Shown here: one piece after another, positions 1 to 7,954 of the stretch | Position numbering within the stretch: position 1 is the stretch's first letter | Layout of the letters: the number at the start of each line of letters is the position of its first letter | Assembly (NCBI GenBank): GCA_964407715.1 | Contig: CAYOWP010000016.1 | Coordinates: forward strand, 1-16,616 | Direction: 5' to 3' | DNA from: an uncultured archaeon | Lineage (GTDB): Archaea; EX4484-52; JAADEF01 | DNA length: 16,616 nt | Made by a program: the position numbers and the translations under genes | Notes under the pieces: generated by a model | The model's database searches: none | Seen by the model: only the letters and a program-made list of their open reading frames with translations | What the model was told of the DNA's origin: nothing

Positions 1-3000
1 TGTTTGTTCCATAAATAGAGAGTCCAGTATGGAGCATATGGGGTGTGTGGGTAAGTAGCATTTAGTAATTGATATCCTATACCTCCATATTTTGCTAAAG
101 GATTATCACTTCCGCCAAAAGGAGAAAAAGCATGAAAAACTTTGAAACCTTGTAATGCTACCTCTTTTATCCCTACTGCAAAAGAAATTGCATTAAGTAG
201 TGCTATTGTTCTAGGATCTGTCCCATTACTGCCTCCAGATCCTAAATTATATTCTGTCCAAATTAAATCTAATGTTTTATTGAACTTTTGTTTGTATTTT
301 GAAGTTATAAGCTCAAAACTATATATTCCTTTTGGATATTCACTATGTGTTCTCACTTTTGCAAAGTTAATAAGTATTGGATCTGTTCTCCAATTATAAT
401 TACTGCTAATTATAGGATCTTCATTATTGTTAGGAGGATAGTATATATTATTAAAGTTGCTGCTATTATAAGGATACATGCACGTTCCATATTCTAAATA
501 CCCTCTAACAATATAAGTCTCAAATTCTACAGAGTTGTTGTAAATATAATCAAAGAAATATCCTTCTCCCGTCCACATCATATCTGCAAGATTTTCTATG
601 CCAAAGAATATATTTTTCCCTATTTTCATATCTTTTGGCAAAGATTTGTTAATTTTATTTCTTGTATAGTTATAAACCCTTATATATCCTAAAGCATCCT
701 TAAGATAAATATCATTTATTATTACGAGTATAATTTTAGTAACATTTAATTCTGTTATTGTGTGATTTACAATATCCCACACATATTGAGCATAATCTGT
801 TTCATTAGGTATACATGTACTTGAATCATATGGCATACCTGGAGGATAATTTGGTGGACAACCTCCTATATGTAATATTGGCGTTGCATTTAATGTTTTG
901 GTTATGTAATTTATGGCTTTATCATAATCAGACCAATCATAATGATTACATTTGTGAATAGTTGCATTCCAGAAATCACATGAATCTGATGGGAAATAGG
1001 TTGTTAAGTATCCTCCTGTAATTGCTTTAATTTTTTCAGGAGGTATTCCACCAAGTAAATTATCATTGGTAATATGATATAAACTTGTAGATAATCCTAC
1101 AGTCAAATTTGATATTCCTATAGGCTTTGTGTAATTCGCAACAAGATTCACTTTTACAGGATAGGATAAGGAGATATTGAAAGAGGTTGTTGAATTGGTT
1201 AAAGTTAAGTTAGAGCATAAATATGCATGAGTTAAATCTTTAAAGTTAAAACTCCAATTTGCTTTAGGATCAGGGATTATGTTCCAATATTTTGTTATGT
1301 TTGGATAATTAGATGTTCCCCAAGGGAAATAAAAGAATGAAGGATAGAGTATGTTTGTGCATAGGGTTATGTTTGGATATGTGTTGTTTATTAATATGTC
1401 TTTTGGTATTGTTAGGGTTATTGTGTAATTTATTTTATTATTGGAGGATGATTTTTGGTTTTTTATTTTTATTTGGTTTTTTATTGGGATTTTGTATTTT
1501 AGGAGTAGGGTTATGTTGGGTTCTGGTGGAGTTATGTTTAGTTGTCCTGTGGTTTGGTTATAGGATAAAGCAGAAAGATAATGTTGCTTTATTTCCTTAG
1601 GGGTTAAAGCAACATTATAGATTCTTAGATTATCTATTGCTCCTCTTAGATCTTTGCCTATTATTATATCTGTATCTGAAGTTGCTATCTTTGAGTTTAA
1701 GAGAGGATAAGTAGCAACTAATTTTCCGTTTATGTATAGGGAGAGATTGCCATATTTTGCTGTAAATACTATGTGATTCCATTTATGTAAATTAGATGAA
1801 TTGAATGGATATTCTATGAATACATAACTATCTCTGCTATATTGTTCTTCCTTTACTCCCATAAGTAGAGAATCTTCCCATCCATAACGCCATACTGTTA
1901 CCCATTTGTTTGAGATGTTTGCCTCGAGTCTGAGTTCATCTAGCCATGCATCTCCTGTGGAGTTTCTAAGACCAAACGAGGAAATTCTTATATATTTTGC
2001 ATCTGTAGGTACATCATATACAGGACTTATATTTTTTGACCAATCATAAGAATAATTTTTACAATAAGCAGGAGCTAAATGGAAATCAGGATAAGGTGGA
2101 GGTAAGATATTTCCCGTGGAGTTAAGAAATCTTGCTAGTAAAGTAAACCTTTTCCATCCTACTGTCGGATTGCATGTTATATTCTTTCCTTTAGACCATG
2201 CTACCCATCTTATTTGAGTTGCATTTTTTGGAAGTATAATTTTATTAACATTCCACAGACCATATAAAGGAGAGGAAGATGTTGAATTTATAAATTCTTC
2301 TGCATGAAATCTTACAGAACTATTTCCTATTATACCTTCTCCTCTCTCTATAGTTATATTGCAAGTTGAGCATAGAGGAGAAGAAGGCATATCAAAAATA
2401 ACATGCTCTTCGGTAATTGGTGTATTATCTTGAGGTCTATAAAGATAAAGGAAGTAGTCATCAGTATCTATAAGTTTGGCTGTTTGGTTAAATGCATCAG
2501 GTTTTAACCAAAATTCTATAGTAAGTTCTTGATTTGGATGTAGATAATTAGTATTCTCTATTTTAACATAGCCAGTTCCATTTAAAAGTAAAGCTTTATA
2601 TTGAACTCCTCTTGTATATGAAACATTATTTCCTATAACTTTATGTGGAGATAAAGAAGAATATGCCCCTCTATCTCGAAGAACATTATCAAATTTTAGA
2701 AATAAAACTGTATTTTGATTTGTGTAAATATCAGGACTTGTATCTATCACTGGGTACAAAGATTTGTACATATATTGAATTTCATAAGGGGTTAGAACTC
2801 GTGTATATATTCGGAAGTCATCAATACTAGTATTGTATCCTTTTCCGATATATAATGGATCTGTTAAATTGAGCTTTAATGGGAGATCAAATTCTCTTTT
2901 ATGCATTAATTTTCCATTAACATATATCAGAGAAACATTTCCATCATAAGTCCAGACAAGAAAATTCCATTTGTTATTAATCAGGTTAGATGTAGAAGCA

Positions 3001-3672
3001 CTATCACAAACCCTTCCTATAGGGGTATTAAAACATACTTGAAGAGCTTTATCTCCATATTTATCTGCCACATACCATCTCAAATCTTCTTGTGTATTAG
3101 GCCCTTTTCTATATGGACTTGCCCAAGGATTAAGCGGATAGTAGGGTTTCATCCAGAATGTTATAGAGATTTGTGTAATGTTTTCTATGGCTGATAAGGG
3201 TAAAGAAACATTAACACCACTTAGATCTGTTGTAAAATTCAATGCACATCCATGTATGCCAGGGACCCATTGAGGGTTATTTACTAAGGTTCCGTTATAT
3301 CCGTGACCTGATGTGTCATGTGCTATTGTACCTGAGCATTCATCAAACTTTAATGCTAATAGAGTAGAGTTATCATTATATATATCTGTGTCATTTACAT
3401 ATCTCCATACAGAGGGATAAACAGCTCCTGAAGGTAAAGTTAGCGTATAAGTTCCATTATAGTTTGTGAATGTTATGTTTTGAAGGATAGTTATGTAATT
3501 ATAGGAATCATCTTGTATTATTGGGATGTTTTCTTGGAATGTGGTGGAGAAATTTACATTTCCAGATGCATAAACGATAAAGAGAAATAGAAATATCGAG
3601 AGTAGAGAAAAAATTGTAACATAAATTTTAGTTATCTCTCTCTCTCTCTCTCTTCAGAGAGGTTTTTGGCAT
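1..3672 (-). CDS. Giant secreted/surface glycoprotein (signal peptide, 2x LamG/ConA-like, CBM-like insert, GH39/clan GH-A-like domain); 3'-truncated by window edge; frameshifted at a 5' (GA)n tract
   Basis: Manual translation: one minus frame is open from 3653 to the window edge (about 1,217 codons; absent from the ORF track because it has no stop in the window). It reads ITKIYVTIFSLLSIFLFLFIVYA-SGN (signal h-region), then LamG motifs LALKFDECSGTIAHDTSG, ISITFWMKP, KWNFLVWTYDG..LIYVNG, IDDFRIYTRVLTPYEI (~3370-2765). A second LamG set follows: LTIEFWLKP, KWNHIVFT..LSLYINGKLV, AIDNLRIYNVALTPKEI (~2715-1578). It ends with YDWSDYDKAI..PILHIG..IINDI..LIWTEYN (~1130-1). The ATG at 3672 is in a different frame and stops at TAA 3630-3628. 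Confidence 0.85.
1578..1618. repeat. Perfect 14-bp inverted repeat (hairpin) inside the giant gene
   Basis: ATAATGTTGCTTTA (1578-1591) and TAAAGCAACATTAT (1605-1618) are exact reverse complements with a 13-nt spacer. Confidence 0.8.
3635..3653 (-). repeat. (GA)9 dinucleotide simple sequence repeat in the signal-peptide coding region
   Basis: The + strand reads (TC)9T at 3635-3653. It is the only such microsatellite I saw in the window and lies between ATG 3672 and the signal-peptide h-region. Confidence 0.95.
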
Positions 3673-3696
3673 AAAAATATAATATATTGAAGGGAT

Positions 3697-3710
3697 TTAT
3701 ATAATTTTCT
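3697..3710 (-). promoter_or_regulatory. Archaeal BRE-TATA promoter for the giant surface-protein gene (probably leaderless)
   Basis: Minus strand AGAAAA-TTATATAA, with the TATA box 25-32 nt upstream of ATG 3672. Confidence 0.6.
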
Positions 3711-3740
3711 ATTATTTATTTAATTCTATTAAAATAGAAA

Positions 3741-4283
3741 GGGAGAGAGTTAATAAAAGGCATGCTGTCCTTCTCAAAGGGTTAGCTGCTCCAATATGCC
3801 TTTTGAGAGGGTATCTCTCCCCTTAACCATCTTTTATTTATCTTGAATAATATGGTTAACGCGAAGATATCGCTAACCTACTCGCATAGCAGCATGCTAA
3901 CCTGAAGAAAGGTTACCTGCTCACAAACGCTCAGAAAGGTTACCTGCTCCAATATGTCTTTTGAGAGGGTATTTCTCCCCTTAACCATTTTATTAAAAAT
4001 TGATTAACGGGAGAAAATCGCTTTATCAAGCACATAAGAGCATACTAACCTCTTTTCAGGTTAGCTGCTCACAAACGCTCAGAAAGGTTACCTGCTCCAA
4101 TATGTCTTTTGAGAGGGTATTTCTCCCCTTAACCATTTTATTAAAAATTGATTAACGGGAGAAAATCGCTTTATCAAGCACATAAGAGCATACTAACCTC
4201 TTTTCAGGTTAGCTGCTCACAAACGCTCAGAAAGGTTACCTGCTCCAATATGTCTTTTGAGAAGGTATGTCTCCCGGTTAACC
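3741..4283. repeat. Tandem array of four imperfect palindromic non-coding elements (A 3741-3830, B 3852-3988, C 4001-4136, D 4149-4283), including a perfect 148-bp tandem repeat
   Basis: 3917-4262 is an exact 148-bp-period repeat (2.3 copies). Units have self-complementary ends (ATGGTTAA/TTAACCAT in B; TTAAcGGGAGAAA/TTTCTCCCcTTAA in C), an inner stem GAGCAtaCTAACCT/AGGTTAGcTGCTC, and short AT-rich spacers. Confidence 0.9.
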
Positions 4284-4379
4284 CTCTTCTACCCATTCCA
4301 TGCAACCACTTAACACAAACACAATCGCATTATAGAATGCTAATTCCTCTTGTCCTGAATGATGAAATCATGTTTCTTC

Positions 4380-5375
4380 TCAATCTATTCCCAATATCTT
4401 CCATTTTCCTTCTCTTTCTCCTTTATAGATGTATTCTCTTGCTGATATACCTGCAATGCATCCAGTTCCAACCGCAACTGCTATCTGCTTATCCCTAATA
4501 TCAGTAACATCACCTGCAGCAAAAACACCTTCTTGAGATGTCCTCATCAATTGATCAACCTTTATCTCTCCTTTTTCATTAAGTGCAACAAAATCTGAAG
4601 GAATAAAAGAGGTGTTTGGAATGGTGCCTATCTCAATGAAAATGCCGTCCACCTCAATATCTCTAACCTCAGCACTTTCTCTATGCTTTATTCTTATTCC
4701 CTTCACAATATCCTCTCCATAAATCTCTTCTATCACATAAGGAGTAATAATCTCAATGTTCTCACATGATTCAACCTTATTAACAAGGTACTTCTCAGCC
4801 CTAAATTCTTTTCTGCGATGTATAAGATATACTTTCGATGCTATCTTAGATAAGTACTCTGCTGAAGTAAAAGCACTATTACCCCCGCCAATCACGCATA
4901 CAACTTTATTCTTAAAAAATGGCCCATCACATTCAGCACAATAGCTTACTCCCTTTCCAAGAAATTTCTCCTCTCCTTTCACATTTAATCTTCTTGGAGA
5001 TCTTCCTGTCGCTAAAATAATAGCCTTTGCTTTAAGTTCTTTATAGATTCTTCCATTAACTATGAAAATATCATTCTCCCTCACAATCTCAACCACTTCA
5101 TCCTCAATAATCCTTGCGCCAAACTTCCTTGCCTGCATCTCCATATTCTTTGAAAGATTTGCGCCAGAAATGAGCTCAAACCCAGGATAATTCTCAATAC
5201 TCGATGTATTAAGCATTTGTCCTCCAATATTCTTCCCTATTATAAGCGTTTTTAGAGCACCTCGTGATGTGTATATTCCTGCTGTCAATCCAGCAGCAGA
5301 TGCACCTATAATAATCACATCATATTCCTTATCAATCCTATCAGTTGAAAATGATGATGTCTCGTAGATTATCAT
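4380..5375 (-). CDS. trxB: Thioredoxin-disulfide reductase (NADPH)
   Basis: YDVIIIGASAAGL FAD-binding start, IENYPGF, GVSYCAECDG redox CxxC, GGGNSA and HRRKEFRAE NADPH site, GVFAAGDV; SD GAGGTGA at 5389-5383. Confidence 0.95.
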   Translation of the reverse strand: MIIYETSSFSTDRIDKEYDVIIIGASAAGLTAGIYTSRGALKTLIIGKNIGGQMLNTSSIENYPGFELISGANLSKNMEMQARKFGARIIEDEVVEIVRENDIFIVNGRIYKELKAKAIILATGRSPRRLNVKGEEKFLGKGVSYCAECDGPFFKNKVVCVIGGGNSAFTSAEYLSKIASKVYLIHRRKEFRAEKYLVNKVESCENIEIITPYVIEEIYGEDIVKGIRIKHRESAEVRDIEVDGIFIEIGTIPNTSFIPSDFVALNEKGEIKVDQLMRTSQEGVFAAGDVTDIRDKQIAVAVGTGCIAGISAREYIYKGEREGKWKILGID

Positions 5376-5387
5376 GACATAATCACC

Positions 5388-6830
5388 TCATTTGTTTCTT
5401 AAAATCTCTAAGAGAATTTTACGAGCAAGCTTTGGATCAGCTGATCCCTTAGTCTCTTTAAGCACCATACCAACCAAGAACTCCAATGCCTTTTCTTTTC
5501 CTGAATGATAATCCTGAACTGCATTTGGATATTTCTCAATCACTTTCTTTACAATTTCACGTAAGGATTCATCTCTTATCTTTTCCTTAAACCCATATTT
5601 CTTTATGATTTCCTCTGGAGGTAAAACATCTTCAAAGATTTTTCTCATAATCATCTCAGTATTATAATCATTATATTTTTCCTCTTCATACCACTTTATC
5701 ACATCTATAATCCACTCATCCTTAACACCTGAATTGCGATATAAAAGGTTGTTATAATTCAATATCTTTCTAAGCACCACACCAACCCATGTTGATGCAT
5801 TCTTAATTGAGATTCCCTCTCTCTTAACACATCTCTCAAACAAATCAGCTATCTCTTTCTCAGATGCTAATGACTCTGCAAGTTTTCTATTTATGTTGTA
5901 TTCTCTCATAAGACGCTCTATCTTAACATCTGGAAGTTCTGGTAGAGATTGCTTTATAGTATCTATTTCTTCATCAGAAATAATTATAGATGGTAAATCT
6001 GGCTCAAAGATATATCCATAATCCTCTTCTGTTTCCTTTTTTCTCATGGAAAGAGTGATGTTCTTGCTTTCATCCCATCTCCGTGTCTCCCTCTCAATCC
6101 TTCCACCTCTAAGTATAATGTTTTTCTGTCTTATAATCTCATAATTTGCTGCAATCTCCACTTCTTTAATCCCTGTGATGTTCTTTACCTCTACTCTTTC
6201 TCCAATACCTTCTATAGAAATATTGAGATCAGACTTAAAAGTTCCTTTTGATGAGTCAAAGGCATCAATATATTCCAAGATTTGCATTATCTTGTTTAGA
6301 TATGCCCTAATCTCCTCTGGAGTATTGAAATCAGGCTCTGTAACTATCTCAACTAAAGGAACTCCTGATCTATTATAATCCACTAAGACATAATCCTTTC
6401 TATGTATAATCTTTGCTGGATCCTCCTCTATATGTACGCGCTTTATTCTTATTATTTTTTCTTTATTATTTACATGTATCTTAACATACCCCTTAACACC
6501 TACAGGAATCTCATATTGCGTAATCTGATAGTTCTTGGCTAAGTCAGGATAAAAATATGTCTTTCTTGAGAAAAAGAACTCCTTGTTTATCTTGCAGTTT
6601 AATGCCAAAGCTATTTTTAGCACTATCTCCACAGCTTTTTTATTTAATCTTGGTTTTGTCCCTGGCATTCCCAAACAAACATCACATATTGCTGTATTTG
6701 GAGGTAAATCATTAGCGTATACACTATTAATACAATTACAAAATAATTTGCTTTTTGTCTTTAATTGAGCATGCGTCTCAAGCCCCATTATAAATCTTAA
6801 CTCTTGAAGAGCACTCTGATTCCTATCCAT
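5388..6830 (-). CDS. gatB: Asp/Glu-tRNA(Asn/Gln) amidotransferase subunit B
   Basis: GLETHAQLKTKSKLFC, CLGMPGTKP, FSRKTYFYPDLAKNYQITQY, HIEEDPAK, VDYNRSGVPLVEIVTEPD, C-terminal YqeY-like FLVGMVLKETKG. At 480 aa it lacks the GatE insertion domain. Confidence 0.95.
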   Translation of the reverse strand: MDRNQSALQELRFIMGLETHAQLKTKSKLFCNCINSVYANDLPPNTAICDVCLGMPGTKPRLNKKAVEIVLKIALALNCKINKEFFFSRKTYFYPDLAKNYQITQYEIPVGVKGYVKIHVNNKEKIIRIKRVHIEEDPAKIIHRKDYVLVDYNRSGVPLVEIVTEPDFNTPEEIRAYLNKIMQILEYIDAFDSSKGTFKSDLNISIEGIGERVEVKNITGIKEVEIAANYEIIRQKNIILRGGRIERETRRWDESKNITLSMRKKETEEDYGYIFEPDLPSIIISDEEIDTIKQSLPELPDVKIERLMREYNINRKLAESLASEKEIADLFERCVKREGISIKNASTWVGVVLRKILNYNNLLYRNSGVKDEWIIDVIKWYEEEKYNDYNTEMIMRKIFEDVLPPEEIIKKYGFKEKIRDESLREIVKKVIEKYPNAVQDYHSGKEKALEFLVGMVLKETKGSADPKLARKILLEILRNK

Positions 6831-6952
6831 AATATGTTATGTATTAAGATGCAAACTTTTAAAAGATTATATTATTAACAATTATGTATATGGTAAAAGT
6901 TATTATTTTATATCATGGTCATGTTGAGATAGCCAATTTATAGAGTGATATC

Positions 6953-7954
6953 ATGTTAAGAAAAATCGTTAGACTCTCTACTCCCTCTCTTTCTATCATC
7001 ACCATACTCTCTACCACAATATTGATCGTGGTGCTGTCATGTGGTTGTATAAATCACAAACAACAAAACATTATAGAAAACTATATAGATGGCTCAATTA
7101 TGGTTGATGGTATAGAAAGAACATATCATCTTTATATTCCAAATAATTATAATCCAAATGCTCATTTGCCTCTCCTCATAGTTCTGCATGGTGGTGGAGG
7201 AAATGGCAAAGGTATGGAAGAAAAAACAACGCTTGGTGAATTTGATAAACTTGCCGATAAAGAGAATTTTATTGTAGTATATCCTGATGCTTTCAAAAAA
7301 CATTGGAATGATGGCAAAGAGGATCCATATTCTTATTCTGCCAGACACAATATTGATGATGTAAAATTCATCTCTACACTAATCGATTATCTAGGAAAAA
7401 AATATAACATAGATAAAAATAGAGTGTATGTGGTAGGGATGTCAAATGGTGGAATGATGAGCTTTCGCTTGGCCTGTGAACTGTCAGATAAAATAGCAGG
7501 AATTGCAACTGTTGCTGCTTCAATGCCAGAGAATCTATATATCTTGTGCCATCCATCAAATAAGATTTCTATATTGATGATACATGGCACACATGATCCT
7601 ATAGTACCTTGGGAAGGAGGTTATGTGCATATCTTTGGAAAGAGACGTGGAAATGTTGTTTCAATTGAAGAATCCTTTGAGTTTTGGGCAAGGCACAATA
7701 ACTGCACATTACAATTTAATCAAACATATTTACCAGATATTGATCCTAATGATGGGACAAAGGTATGGAAAAAAGAGTGCTCAAATGAAGAGAATGGAAC
7801 AAAGGTTATCCTTTATGGGATTGAGGGAGGTGGACATACATGGCCTGGTGGGTTAAGGAGGTTCTCAGAGCAAATAGTGGGAAGAATAAGCCATGACATA
7901 AATGCATGCAAAGTCATATGGAATTTCTTTAAAGAAATAAGAATTAACTCCTAA
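6953..7954 (+). CDS. Secreted/lipoprotein alpha/beta-hydrolase, LpqC / PHB-depolymerase-family esterase
   Basis: N-terminal hydrophobic helix ending LSCGC; ERTYHLYIP, LPLLIVLHGGGG oxyanion region, IDDVKFI, GMSNGG nucleophile elbow, IHGTHDPIVP (Asp), GGGHTWPG (His). Confidence 0.85.
   Translation: MLRKIVRLSTPSLSIITILSTTILIVVLSCGCINHKQQNIIENYIDGSIMVDGIERTYHLYIPNNYNPNAHLPLLIVLHGGGGNGKGMEEKTTLGEFDKLADKENFIVVYPDAFKKHWNDGKEDPYSYSARHNIDDVKFISTLIDYLGKKYNIDKNRVYVVGMSNGGMMSFRLACELSDKIAGIATVAASMPENLYILCHPSNKISILMIHGTHDPIVPWEGGYVHIFGKRRGNVVSIEESFEFWARHNNCTLQFNQTYLPDIDPNDGTKVWKKECSNEENGTKVILYGIEGGGHTWPGGLRRFSEQIVGRISHDINACKVIWNFFKEIRINS

Noticed and set aside
1313-1600. 95-aa hydrophobic Leu/Cys-rich ORF on + strand resembling a membrane protein
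   Set aside because: It is the antisense shadow of the C/A-skewed segment of the giant minus-strand gene; the G/T-rich strand automatically yields L/C/F/V/G.
1290-1620. Diversity-generating retroelement (AAC-rich tract plus nearby hairpin)
   Set aside because: No reverse transcriptase and no TR/VR pair differing only at adenines is visible in this window.
4001-4136. Hammerhead ribozyme or tRNA within the repeat unit
   Set aside because: No CUGANGA core with matching GAAA/NUH geometry on either strand, and no cloverleaf or T-loop consensus.
3741-4283. CRISPR array or replication origin interpretation of the repeats
   Set aside because: Sequences between motif copies are themselves repeated (no unique spacers), the period is 148 bp, no cas genes are present, and there is no ORB-like TTCCAGTGGAAAC consensus or adjacent cdc6/orc1.
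4380-4405. TrxB tail KWKILGID resembling the start of an RNase H-fold protein (KILGID)
   Set aside because: It is followed directly by a stop and a second in-frame stop; no continuing homologous frame is evident.
4148-4498. 116-aa + strand ORF
   Set aside because: It starts within repeat unit D, runs antisense into trxB, and has no recognisable motif or SD.
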